Assembly: GCA_963758915.1 (NCBI GenBank)
Contig: CAVWXH010000002.1
Location: 120,378 to 184,377, forward strand
Length of the DNA stretch: 64,000 nucleotides
Reading direction: 5' to 3'
DNA from: an uncultured Methanomicrobiales archaeon
Lineage (GTDB): Archaea; Halobacteriota; Methanomicrobia; Methanomicrobiales; Methanospirillaceae
Position numbers and translations under genes: made by a program. Shown one piece after another: positions 1 through 9,594 of this stretch. How positions within the stretch are numbered: the first letter of the stretch is position 1; every line of letters begins with the position of its first letter. The notes beneath the pieces are model-generated. The model saw only the letters and a list, made by a program, of their open reading frames with translations. It had not been told where the DNA came from and made no database searches.

Positions 1-361
1 GGAGCCGATATGGCGGGTACTGATACAAAGGAAAACTGCCCGCTTGATACCCTGTGTGACGTTAACAAAAAACGTAGCGATAAAGACAGCAGAGGGTTTC
101 ACCCCTTCCCTGTCACACCTGAGAAAGATATTTTCTCTCCCTTAATTTGTATCGTTATATGAATCAGGTCGTGAATATAGGATTGCCGGGTATCGAATTG
201 GCTTGTTGAAATATAAAACTCCGCATTACGCCAGAACCATGCAGTTATACGGGCAAACCGAGGAGTAATCTGAAAAAATCTCATTAAATATTATTGCGTT
301 TAAGATTGTGTTGTGCCCGGGAAACATCCGGAGCACAACAATGTAGGAGGTAACCGAATTC

Positions 362-765
362 ATGACAAGTAAACGCTGTCAGCAACGATCATCATCAGCC
401 TGGCTTTGCTGATATTGCTGACCGGAAGCGTCTCAGCCGACGTTGTCCAGGCGGGAAGTTCATTCGATGCCACACTCACCTCGGTCACCACCCACCTCGA
501 TGCAAAGATCGTGGGTAATGACCAGGACTCCCCAGTTGTCCTCAACTATGACATATCAGCACACGGCATTAACAAGCCTGACGGGACCACCGTACCGATG
601 ACCGGTTCGGTGACAGCCTATGTCAGGGCACACATCACGGGTGCTCGCGACGGTTCCGAACGCACCAGCCAGGACCTCACCTATAGCGAAATTACAACAG
701 CCAGCGGCCTGATCACCAGTTTCCAGAAATCTATCGCCTACAGGGGCGGCAGCTTTCTGGTCTGA
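362..765 (+). CDS. Small secreted beta-strand-rich protein, apparently frameshifted near 371-373
   Basis: SD-like GGAGGT at ~346-351 and ATG at 362. Adding one A to the AAA run joins this ATG to ORF 406-765 and gives the signal peptide MTSKTLSATIIISLALLILLTGSVSA-D. The mature part is Thr/Ser/Val-rich. Confidence 0.65.
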
Positions 766-890
766 AGTTTGGGAACAGGACAGGTAAAATGGAGTATATC
801 TCCACAAACCCTGTTTTTATGTAATCTGAAAAGAGACTCTTTTCCTGGCCAGTTTTAGAAGATGTTAAAGACCTAAATAGAAAAAAGGGA

Positions 891-2168
891 TTATTTATTA
901 GCCCATTTCAGGGGCAATTTGTCGATATTATTGGTGGACAGCGTATAGGGCTGGTTGCAGATACCGTTTGTAGCTGGTGTAATCTGTGAGAATCCCTGGC
1001 CATTTGGCTGTCCCCAGGAGTTTCCGCCGGAGTTTGCCCCGCCGGTAATGCTTATCTTGGCCGACTGTGTCAGATTCCATTTGTTCTCCGGAAGACCTGA
1101 AACAAGGTTGGCATTCTTGGCATTGTAGAAGTAGTTATTGACAATTACGTTATTAGCGGTGTCCCACATCATAATACCATCATCAACATTGTTTCTGATA
1201 TAGTTACCATATATCGTGTTCCGGCTATTGCGGATAATTCTTATCCCGGAATCGTTGTTCTTGTCGAATGTATTACTAAACACCATATTGTAGTTTGCAT
1301 CGTCCATCAGGATGATACCATTATAGGTGTTGTTCATCACCGTATTCTGGGTAAACTCATTATCATACGAGTCTTCATAAACCCTGATTCCATGCCAGAG
1401 ATTGTCCTTTACAGTGTTTTTAGTGAAGATATTATCGCTTGACCTGTAGATTTCAATACCCTCATTTTTGTTACCGGTCATGGTATTCCCGGTAACAGTG
1501 TTGAAATTACCTTGTTCATTGAAGTGTAATCCTGAACCTATATTATTGAGCAATTTGTTGTTCAGGATATCATTGTTACTCGAGAAACGGATCCTTACGC
1601 CGTCATCTCCGTTGGTTGTGACAGTGTTACCCGTGATCGTATTGGAATTACTGCCATCGTAGAGAAGAATACCAACCGCGCCATTTCCACTCGCCGTGCA
1701 TGTTTTAATGGTATTCCGTAGGGAATTTTGAAGTAAAATCCCGTTCCCGGTATTACTTGATACCGTCACCTTCTCGAGCTGGGAACTTTTCACATCTGTC
1801 AGGAATACACCAGTACCCCAGTCAGTAAGGACCACGTTTTTGACTACGACGTTAAAAAGTGTCATCCCTGAATTATAAATCCTGATACCTACACTGCTCG
1901 TTCCGTCAACACCATCCACAATTTTTCCTTTTCCATCTAGCACCACGTTCGGTACAGCGATGATAATCCCGACAGCGGAACCAATGATGTTATTTGCCAG
2001 GTAGTAATCTCCGGGCACCGTGATTACGACCGGACCGGTGATAGGTGTTGCGGCTGACACAGCACCTGTCATTGCCAAACTTGCAAGAACGATTAAAACC
2101 ACAATCCATACATATCCCTGGTGATTCCCTCCCAAGGGTCTTTTATCAGGATCAATTAAAGAAACCAT
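891..2168 (-). CDS. NosD/CASH (pectin-lyase-like parallel beta-helix) cell-surface protein
   Basis: Signal peptide, an ITGPVVITVPGDYYLANNI N-terminal motif, many N-x-x-GI-x-L...N-N-x-I-x-x-N repeats and a GGNSWGQPNGQGFS...D-x-LPL C-terminus. GGTGA SD precedes ATG 2168. Confidence 0.88.
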   Translation of the reverse strand: MVSLIDPDKRPLGGNHQGYVWIVVLIVLASLAMTGAVSAATPITGPVVITVPGDYYLANNIIGSAVGIIIAVPNVVLDGKGKIVDGVDGTSSVGIRIYNSGMTLFNVVVKNVVLTDWGTGVFLTDVKSSQLEKVTVSSNTGNGILLQNSLRNTIKTCTASGNGAVGILLYDGSNSNTITGNTVTTNGDDGVRIRFSSNNDILNNKLLNNIGSGLHFNEQGNFNTVTGNTMTGNKNEGIEIYRSSDNIFTKNTVKDNLWHGIRVYEDSYDNEFTQNTVMNNTYNGIILMDDANYNMVFSNTFDKNNDSGIRIIRNSRNTIYGNYIRNNVDDGIMMWDTANNVIVNNYFYNAKNANLVSGLPENKWNLTQSAKISITGGANSGGNSWGQPNGQGFSQITPATNGICNQPYTLSTNNIDKLPLKWANK

Positions 2169-2425
2169 GAAACTCACCTTTCCCCATGCCTGCATACCCT
2201 GCGGTAGAGTCCAGCAAGTATCAATTGCGGTCTCCGAATAACCATGGTTATTCCCTCCAACGGATATGCCGCACATGTCACTAGACAAGTTTACAATAAA
2301 TACGTTTCGAATTCTCTAAAACCAGGATAAGCGGGATCACAATACCGGATATCATACAGGTCTTTCCCAGCCTGGCCAGACCAAACCTTTTATGTTGAAC
2401 TTCGCACTATCTTCAACCGGTTGTT

Positions 2426-2647
2426 ATGATTGTAAATCCCGGCCAGATCATTATCTTCGGACTCCCCCTGTATTTCTACCTGGGAATTGTCACCTTTATT
2501 GCACTTATTTCGACCGCTGTGCTAGGAATGTTATTTGTAAAAGGAAAGTATGGCGTTCAGTTTTCCTGGCATATGAACCTTGCACGGATCACCATTGTCA
2601 TTGCAATTATTCATGGGGCCCTTGTTGCCTGGGCATACATGTTCTGA
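2426..2647 (+). CDS. Small membrane protein (2 TM, two His)
   Basis: 73-aa hydrophobic ORF with a WH...IIHG pattern; TTTTAT ~30 bp upstream. Confidence 0.7.
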   Translation: MIVNPGQIIIFGLPLYFYLGIVTFIALISTAVLGMLFVKGKYGVQFSWHMNLARITIVIAIIHGALVAWAYMF

Positions 2648-2748
2648 CAACGAGATTTTAGATCTCCCACCCGGACTTTCCCTTCAGGAACTATTTGGTC
2701 AGCTGGTGTCATACCCTCGCTGACATCGGGCCGTCCCAACCTCTTTTT

Positions 2749-3564
2749 TCAGTATCCTGAGGCATAATAATACCCGTCATCCTTCCGGACGCGGACCGGG
2801 ACTGAAAACAGGTTGCTGATATTCCTATCCGTCAGGACTTCGCCTTTCGGGCCGTCCATGCAAAAGTGCCCGTCTTTCATCAGGATGACCCGGGTAATTT
2901 CAGGGATAATATCATGGAGGTTATGAGTCACGAGAATTATTCCTGTCCCGGCCCCGGATATGTTCCGGCATGTTGTGCGGAAAGTGTGAAGCGCATGTAA
3001 ATCCAGGCTGTTGGTGGGCTCATCGAGGACCAGGGTTTTCGGGTCGTGCACCAGTGCCCTGCCGATCACAACACGACGTGCCTCACCGGATGATATTTCC
3101 GTCATTTTTCTCTCTTCCAGGTGCCGGATCTCCAGGAAATCAAGGATTTCACTTGTTCTTCTCTCCATTTCAGGTGTGACATGGTGGCGGAAGAGACCGA
3201 TACTGCTGAAAAACCCTGATACTACCACTTCCCGGGCGGTCATCTCCCTGGAACATGCAGATACCAGGTCATTGGAAACGATCCCGAACGTGGACCGCAG
3301 GTCAAAGACGTCCCATGTGTCCCTGCCCCTGACACGGAATAGTACTCCCTCCTCCTGTAACAGCGGATAATACTCCCTGGTAATCGTTTTTATGAATGAT
3401 GATTTCCCGGCACCGTTGGGCCCCAGAATTGCAATGTTCTCTCCCTCCTCCAGTGTTAAGGAGATTGAATCAAGGATTTTCTTCTTACCGTTCATCACGG
3501 TAATATTTTTAAATTCCAGGAGCGGGATGTTTTTTCGTGTTTGGGTTGTGTCATACGGGGTCAA
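2749..3564 (-). CDS. ABC transporter ATP-binding protein (ModF/YlmA-like, orphan)
   Basis: Walker A GPNGAGKS, signature ISSGE, Walker B LVLDEP, VTH switch. Confidence 0.9.
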   Translation of the reverse strand: MTPYDTTQTRKNIPLLEFKNITVMNGKKKILDSISLTLEEGENIAILGPNGAGKSSFIKTITREYYPLLQEEGVLFRVRGRDTWDVFDLRSTFGIVSNDLVSACSREMTAREVVVSGFFSSIGLFRHHVTPEMERRTSEILDFLEIRHLEERKMTEISSGEARRVVIGRALVHDPKTLVLDEPTNSLDLHALHTFRTTCRNISGAGTGIILVTHNLHDIIPEITRVILMKDGHFCMDGPKGEVLTDRNISNLFSVPVRVRKDDGYYYASGY

Positions 3565-3659
3565 TGGTAATCCTCACCTGCAATATGCTGTCCGCAGCTC
3601 GTTACAGGGCCTGAATCGTCAGGGGTCCCGGGTGAAAAAAGTGGTTACTGCTATCAGGC

Positions 3660-3818
3660 TTATTTTCTTCTTTTGTTTTTCTGGTTGGCAGCAATTTTTT
3701 CTTTTGCCGTCAAAGGAGCTACCTTGTTCCCCGCGACCGGTGCCTCTGCTACCGCTGATTTCCCATCGGCACGTTCAGGCTTTTTACTAGTGCCTTTCTG
3801 ACTACCCTGGTCTTTCAT
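3660..3818 (-). CDS. Small Lys-rich basic protein (52 aa, MKDQGSQKGTSKKPERADGKSAVAEAPVAGNKVAPLTAKEKIAANQKNKRRK)
   Basis: Translated by hand (below the ORF track cutoff); TTTTATA box ~25 bp upstream of ATG; resembles the neighbouring ORF. Confidence 0.6.
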   Translation of the reverse strand: MKDQGSQKGTSKKPERADGKSAVAEAPVAGNKVAPLTAKEKIAANQKNKRRK

Positions 3819-4049
3819 GAGGAACCATACGATTCAGGAATATAAAAACATTATCTGGAAAGTCCTGATTATACGCGTTTTTAAGAATTGAATTTCACAA
3901 TGTGCAGCGTTCGTCTAAAATTCACCGCACTGGCTCTGCCGGCCCGTGGTAATGTAAGCAACCGGTCCAACCCGAAGTTGCAGCTGTCCTCGTAACAGGA
4001 CAAAAAAAGTCAGAATGGGATAGTACCTGATGCTTCAACTAAAATTAAG

Positions 4050-4205
4050 TTAGTGCTTGCCTTTTTTTGTCTTTGCAGCGTTTTTATCTTTCATTGAATT
4101 AATTTTTTGTTGGTCCATCGGGTTCGCAGCTTTCACGGGAGCTGCTGTCGCGGGACTAACCGTTGCCTTATGTCCCTTTGTTTTTTGCTCGCCCTGTTTT
4201 TTCAT
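4050..4205 (-). CDS. Small Lys-rich basic protein (51 aa, MKKQGEQKTKGHKATVSPATAAPVKAANPMDQQKINSMKDKNAAKTKKGKH)
   Basis: Translated by hand; TATATA box ~25 bp upstream; shares the MKxQGxQK start with 3660-3818. Confidence 0.6.
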   Translation of the reverse strand: MKKQGEQKTKGHKATVSPATAAPVKAANPMDQQKINSMKDKNAAKTKKGKH

Positions 4206-4452
4206 GGCGGTACTACGACAGCAGGGAGTATATAGATACCCTCACTACCCTGCCAGTATAATTAAGGTTTTTTCCCGGAAACGATTATGAACGGCCGTGT
4301 GTCAGTATCTTTGCCTCAACCAGAACAATGACGGTTATCCAGGCTGGAAAGGGTCCGGGCCGCCAATTACCCTTTTTTGCAAATGATGGTCACCACTATC
4401 CGGAAAATGATGATCGTAGGTATTTATTTAGATCAATGATGAGCTATCGGTT

Positions 4453-4821
4453 ATGTCCATGGAGCAGAGAGCCCGGCACTGTGGGTTCTACGTAATTCCT
4501 GCAGGAGGACTTATCGGCCTTGGGATAGGGATTATCCTTGGTTACCAGTTTACCGGATTCCTGGCTGGTGTGGGGCTTGGATACCTTGTTTTTACTGCCG
4601 GGTCAGGGAATTGTCCGGGGTACCAGGACCAGTCCGGAACTCCCGTCCGGTGTCACGGGTCCTACCTTGTCCGGGTGATTATAGGACTTTACATTATTGC
4701 CAGCGGTTTTGCAATTATCTGGGTCCCACGTTCAGAATGGCCAACTATTCTGGCTATATTTTTAGTCCTTACCGGGGTGTGGTTTATCGTCCATGGTTAT
4801 TACCGGGGCAGGTCATGGTGA
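4453..4821 (+). CDS. Hypothetical membrane protein (4 TM)
   Basis: Gly-rich hydrophobic segments such as IPAGGLIGLGIG. Confidence 0.7.
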   Translation: MSMEQRARHCGFYVIPAGGLIGLGIGIILGYQFTGFLAGVGLGYLVFTAGSGNCPGYQDQSGTPVRCHGSYLVRVIIGLYIIASGFAIIWVPRSEWPTILAIFLVLTGVWFIVHGYYRGRSW

Positions 4822-4994
4822 TACCCGGGTCCCGTCACAATAACCGGGAAAACAACCCCGGGGATCCTGTTGATTGCTCAACCTGCCCTTCCCCTGGCAG
4901 AGAAAATCCGGCAGGGGATTCCCAATTTATGGATTGTCCATAAAAAGCCCGGTTTCAGACCGGCAGGTTTTTTATATCATCTCTTAATCGTCTA

Positions 4995-6202
4995 ATGTGG
5001 AGGGACCACCAGTTGGCGAAGATTTCTGCGAAAATAGATACGGCACTTGTTGATGAAATCGATGCAGACAGGAAAGGCAAGGGCCTTAAATTATCTGAAT
5101 GGGTGGCATTGGCGATTGACAGGTACCTTCATCCGGAAGAGCCGGATACTGAAGTTATTACAGAAATCAGCCATTTAAAAGAGTTTTCTGCCGAACTCTC
5201 TGTTGCACGGGACACGGCCGTTGCCGAATCCAAAAAGCAGAAAACTACCATCAGCCTCCTCCAGGAGCAGCAGATCCGCCTGGATACCGAGTCTATACCA
5301 GTATAAGAGCACCAGCGACCAGCTCCGGAACGAGCGGGATGCACTGAATGCAGAACTGACCCAGGCCGCAAATAACGCGAAACTCCTCCGGAATGAGAAG
5401 GATATCCTGGTCGCCGACTTACACCAGTATAAGAGCATCAGCGACCAGCTCCGGAACGAGCGGGATGCACTGAATGCAGAACTGACCCAGGCAGGCAATA
5501 ACCTCGGCCTGCTCCGGAATGAACGTGACCTGCTTGTAGCGGATTTAAGCCAGTATAAGAGCATCAGCGACCAGCTGCGGAACGAGCGCGATGCACTGAA
5601 CGCCGAACTGACCCGGGCAGGCAATAACCTCGGCCTCCTCCGGAATGAACGTGACCTGCTTGTGGCTGACTTAAACCAGTTTAAGGGCGCCAGCGACCAG
5701 CTCCGGAAAGACAATGACTGGATAAATGCTGAACTTTTAAGGGAGAAATCCGGCATTATAGTTCTCCAGCGTGAACGGGACCTGCTGGTTGCCGACCTGG
5801 AACAGCAGAAAAGTATTGCTGACCGGAGTCTTTGTGAGCGGGACTCGGTCCTTACTGAACTGGCCGGGCTGAAAAGCAGCTGTGCCGGACTCCGGGCTGA
5901 ACGGGACCAGTCTTGCTGCAGCTGTAACCGGGCTTCAAAGTACTGTTGACCACCTCAGGGGTGCCAGGGACCATGCAGAATCTGACCGGAATAAGTTCCT
6001 TAATGAGCGTGAAGACCTTGAAAAGCAAATCCACGAGTTAAAGGTGGAAGCAGAGCTCAGCAAGGCGAAAAACTTTATTATTGACGAATTGCGGAAGGAT
6101 AAAGAATTTTTACAGGGGGAGTTCCGGAAAATGAGCGATCGTGCCCCCCTGCAGTTACCACCTCCCCGCGAGTCTTTCTGGAGCTGGATATGGGGTGAAT
6201 GA
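4995..6202 (+). pseudogene. Ribbon-helix-helix-like N-terminus plus long coiled-coil repeat protein, split by two +1 frameshifts (~5292, ~5911)
   Basis: Three consecutive ORFs join when single bases are removed. The N-terminus KISAKIDTALVDEID...LSEWVALAIDRYL looks like CopG/RHH, followed by heptad repeats and a C-terminal LPPPRESFWSWIWGE. Confidence 0.7.
5299..5850 (+). repeat. 126-bp (42-aa, six-heptad) tandem repeat, 3 near-identical plus 2 degenerate units
   Basis: CAGTATAAGAGC recurs at 5299, 5425 and 5551, with degenerate units at 5677 and 5803. Confidence 0.9.
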
Positions 6203-6423
6203 ACGTGAAAGTGCTATTTTTTTATTCAGTCTCCTTCCCGGTCCTTTCAGGGCTGAAATATTTCCGGAATGTAGTACAAAATCCTCCCGTTTTTCTGGCT
6301 TTATCAAAATCCTGCGTAGTTAAAAAAAAGGAAGGAAAATTCGGCTGGTATGAAAAACTCCGGCAAAACAATCTGAAAGGCCACCTTTTTCATGCCCATC
6401 TATGAGCCAGAGGCTCATAGCAC

Positions 6424-6443
6424 GCTTTGTTGAAAACCCTTCA
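6424..6443 (+). mobile_element. Isolated left-end fragment of the MITE family
   Basis: GCTTTGTTGAAAACCCTTC matches the left end of the copies at 13118 and 41954. Confidence 0.5.
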
Positions 6444-6547
6444 GCCGGAATTTTTTCACATCCCAGCCCGGGATACTGTTTGAGAGGCATACCCCATTCA
6501 TGATCCGATGAAAACCCTCATTACCCATCAGGTGATCAGGTGTAATT

Positions 6548-7042
6548 GTGGAACTATTCATTCTGAGACACGGGAAAGCAGAAGCCCGGGCAATGGGTAT
6601 TCATGATGCTGACCGTGCCCTGACCGGACAGGGAAGGGAGGAAATTAAGAAAATCGGCCACTGGACGGTAGACATGGGATATACCTTCGACCTGATTGCG
6701 ACCAGCCCGCTGAAAAGGGCCCGGGAGACAGCTGAAATAATTGGCTCAACCACAAAACAGGAGCATACCATCCAGGTCTGGGACCTCCTTTCCCCCGGGG
6801 GTGACCTCGGGGCCCTGTCACGCCATATTGCGACGGCTGGTGGGGACCGTTCAGTCCTGATAATCGGGCATGAACCGATGCTCTCGCTTGTTATCAGCCG
6901 CATAATTTCCGGGAATGCCACGGCATCAGTAGTCCTTGCCAAGGGTGCCTTCGCCAGGATAAAAAATGTTACCTTTCATGGAGACCTTTCCGGGGAACTC
7001 CACAGTCTCATTACACCAAAACAGATTTCCCCGGGGACCTGA
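6548..7042 (+). CDS. sixA: Phosphohistidine phosphatase SixA (histidine phosphatase superfamily)
   Basis: LRHGKAE...DADRALT...SPLKRARETA...GHEP motifs. Confidence 0.88.
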   Translation: MELFILRHGKAEARAMGIHDADRALTGQGREEIKKIGHWTVDMGYTFDLIATSPLKRARETAEIIGSTTKQEHTIQVWDLLSPGGDLGALSRHIATAGGDRSVLIIGHEPMLSLVISRIISGNATASVVLAKGAFARIKNVTFHGDLSGELHSLITPKQISPGT

Positions 7043-7122
7043 TCCCGTGAAACGGGTGTTCTCTCACTACAACAGAAAATCATGGGTTCCGTTCCGGAAG
7101 TAGTACATAATATACCTTTTTA

Positions 7123-9447
7123 ATGGAAAAAAAGAAAGAGCCTGTGGGATTGTCATTGATGAATAATAACAGAATACTGATTGTAATTCTCATCATCCTG
7201 AACCTGATCGCCGTAGGGGCTGTGTCAGCATCGGGATATTACGGCAGTACTGCAGCCGTGAGTGATGACAGCGTTAAGTCATCAGGGGTAACGTATGCCC
7301 TCCTCGCCGGGGTGTCCACGTACAAGATCCCCTCCAATAACCTGGATGGAGTGCAGTATGATACACCGCATATGAGAGATATGCTCATCAATGACTGCGG
7401 CTATTCCTCATCACGGATAACCTCCCTGCAGGATGGTCAGGCGACCAAGAGCGCTATCAGGCAGGCACTTATCCAGATGAGCGCCAGGGCAGGAAAAGAC
7501 GATACGGTTGTTTTTTATTTCAGCGGGCATGGCTACGTATACCCTTCCGGGTACGGGACTTCGTACCTTGAACCGTATGATTCAGAGCTGGATTCAGTAT
7601 ATTATGATATTTCAAGTTCAGAACTGAAACAATGGCTGGATGGCATCAGGTGCAAAAATATCCTTGTTATTATTGATGCCTGCGAAGCCGAAGGTATGCT
7701 GAAGGGTGGCGCGAAGGAGATGGTCACTACCTCGCAGGTGAAAGCCGGAAGTGATAAAACTCCAGTGAAAGACCGTTTTTCACAGAATTTCCTTGGTACA
7801 TTTGAAAGCAGGGATAACCTCGTTCAAAGTTCCGGTGAGCAGCAGAAAGCCCTTAGCGGCAACCAGTATGTCGTACTGGTTTCCTGCAGGTCAGGTGAAG
7901 GCTCGTGGACAAATGCTCTTTCCGGCAGCTGGTTTACCACGTATTTCGTGGAGGGGATTGGTAACCCATCGGCAGATACGAATTCTGATACCTGGGTCTC
8001 GGCCGAGGAGGCCTTCAATTATGCCTCCCCGCTTACCACATGGAAACATTATGACCAGCACCCGGTGATCTACGACGGGGACCCGTCCCATGACCTCCTG
8101 ATGGCCCGTTACGGGACATCGACATCTGGAACAATTGATATAATCTCGGTTCCGGCAGGTGCCAGTGTCTGGCTGGACGGGAAGATTACCGGCTACAAGA
8201 CCCCTGTAACTCTGACCGGGATATCAGCCGGAAGCCACACGGTCCGTTGCAGCATGACCGGGTATACCGATTCGTCCCAGGACGTGACGGTTACCGCCGG
8301 CCAGACCAGCAGCCTGACGGTAACACTCCAGGGCCAGGGCCCGCTGGCAGGGACGATCTCGGTAAGTTCAACTCCGACAGGAGCGCGAATTTACCTTGAC
8401 GGGACAGATACAGGGTACAACACGCCACGAACATTCAGCAGAGTTACGGTGGGGAGCCACACGGTCCGTTGCAGCATGGCCGGGTATACCGATGCGTCCC
8501 AGGATGTGACAGTGACTGCCGGCCGGACTTCTGCGGTGAGGGTGTATCTTACCCGCCAGGCCCCGGTAACCGGATCAATCTCGGTCAGCTCGGTTCCGGC
8601 AGGTGCCAGTGTCTGGCTGGACGGGAAGATTACCGGTTACAAGACCCCTGTAACTCTGACCGGGATATCAGCCGGAAGCCACACGGTCCGTTGCAGCATG
8701 ACCGGGTATACCGATTCGTCCCAGGACGTGACGGTTACCGCCGGCCAGACCAGCAGCCTGACGGTAACACTCCAGGGCCAGGGCCCGCTGGCAGGGACGA
8801 TCTCGGTAAGTTCAACTCCGATGGGAGCGCGAATTTACCTTGACGGGACAGATACAGGGTACAACACGCCACGAACATTCAGCGGAGTTACGGTGGGGAG
8901 CCACACGGTCCGTTGCAGCATGACGGGGTATACCGATGCGTCCCAGGGTGTGACAGTGACTGCCGGCCGGACTTCTGCGGTGAAGGTGTATCTTACCCGC
9001 CAGGCCCTGGTAACCGGATCAATCTCGGTCAGCTCGGTTCCGGCAGGTGCCAGTGTCTGGCTGGACGGGAAGATTACCGGTTACAAGACCCCTGTAACTC
9101 TGACCGGGATATCAGCCGGAAGCCACACGGTCCGTTGCAGCATGACCGGGTATACCGATTCGTCCCAGGGTGTGACGGTTACCGCCGGCCAGACCACGGA
9201 AGTGGTACTGAATCTCCCTGTTCCGGGAGCTGCAACCGGCTCGATTTATATTACCTCTCTTCCTTCCAGGGCGTTGATATACCTGGATGGTAAATATCTG
9301 GGGGTATACTCCCCGACAACAATCAATAAGGTAACTGCGGGGACTCACACGCTCCGGCTTACCAGATACGGGTACAAGGACTATACCAGTAGCATTACCG
9401 TTACTGCCGGGACCACCACCCCCGTTTCCGTTGTATTAACCCGGTGA
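7123..9447 (+). CDS. Secreted caspase-family (peptidase C14) protease with six C-terminal PEGA domains
   Basis: Signal peptide; YALLAGV, ATKSAI, FYFSGHG (catalytic His), IIDACEAEG (catalytic Cys) and QHP motifs; six S-x-P-x-GA-x-(V/I)-x-LDG...TP...G-x-HTV PEGA units. Confidence 0.9.
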   Translation: MEKKKEPVGLSLMNNNRILIVILIILNLIAVGAVSASGYYGSTAAVSDDSVKSSGVTYALLAGVSTYKIPSNNLDGVQYDTPHMRDMLINDCGYSSSRITSLQDGQATKSAIRQALIQMSARAGKDDTVVFYFSGHGYVYPSGYGTSYLEPYDSELDSVYYDISSSELKQWLDGIRCKNILVIIDACEAEGMLKGGAKEMVTTSQVKAGSDKTPVKDRFSQNFLGTFESRDNLVQSSGEQQKALSGNQYVVLVSCRSGEGSWTNALSGSWFTTYFVEGIGNPSADTNSDTWVSAEEAFNYASPLTTWKHYDQHPVIYDGDPSHDLLMARYGTSTSGTIDIISVPAGASVWLDGKITGYKTPVTLTGISAGSHTVRCSMTGYTDSSQDVTVTAGQTSSLTVTLQGQGPLAGTISVSSTPTGARIYLDGTDTGYNTPRTFSRVTVGSHTVRCSMAGYTDASQDVTVTAGRTSAVRVYLTRQAPVTGSISVSSVPAGASVWLDGKITGYKTPVTLTGISAGSHTVRCSMTGYTDSSQDVTVTAGQTSSLTVTLQGQGPLAGTISVSSTPMGARIYLDGTDTGYNTPRTFSGVTVGSHTVRCSMTGYTDASQGVTVTAGRTSAVKVYLTRQALVTGSISVSSVPAGASVWLDGKITGYKTPVTLTGISAGSHTVRCSMTGYTDSSQGVTVTAGQTTEVVLNLPVPGAATGSIYITSLPSRALIYLDGKYLGVYSPTTINKVTAGTHTLRLTRYGYKDYTSSITVTAGTTTPVSVVLTR
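8145..9195 (+). repeat. 444-bp (two-PEGA, 148-aa) intragenic tandem repeat, ~2.4 near-identical copies
   Basis: CTCGGTTCCGGCAGGTGCCAGTGTC at 8145, 8589 and 9033. Confidence 0.95.
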
Positions 9448-9594
9448 CCTAAACCCGGTGTTTCTTTTTTCCAGTCCTGAAAAGGCTGCTTCAGGCCGGC
9501 TGACACAAGAACCAGCTTCGGGTGGATACTACCCTGGTCCCAAGGGTACGACACCTGGAAAAATCTGTATTATTATTCCTGGTTTTACCTTACC

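Noticed and set aside
10-162. 50-aa ORF, and CCTGTGTGAC at 51-60 matching the ECF leader stem
   Set aside because: The ORF runs through a decayed MITE core, and a single 10-bp match is expected by chance in 64 kb.
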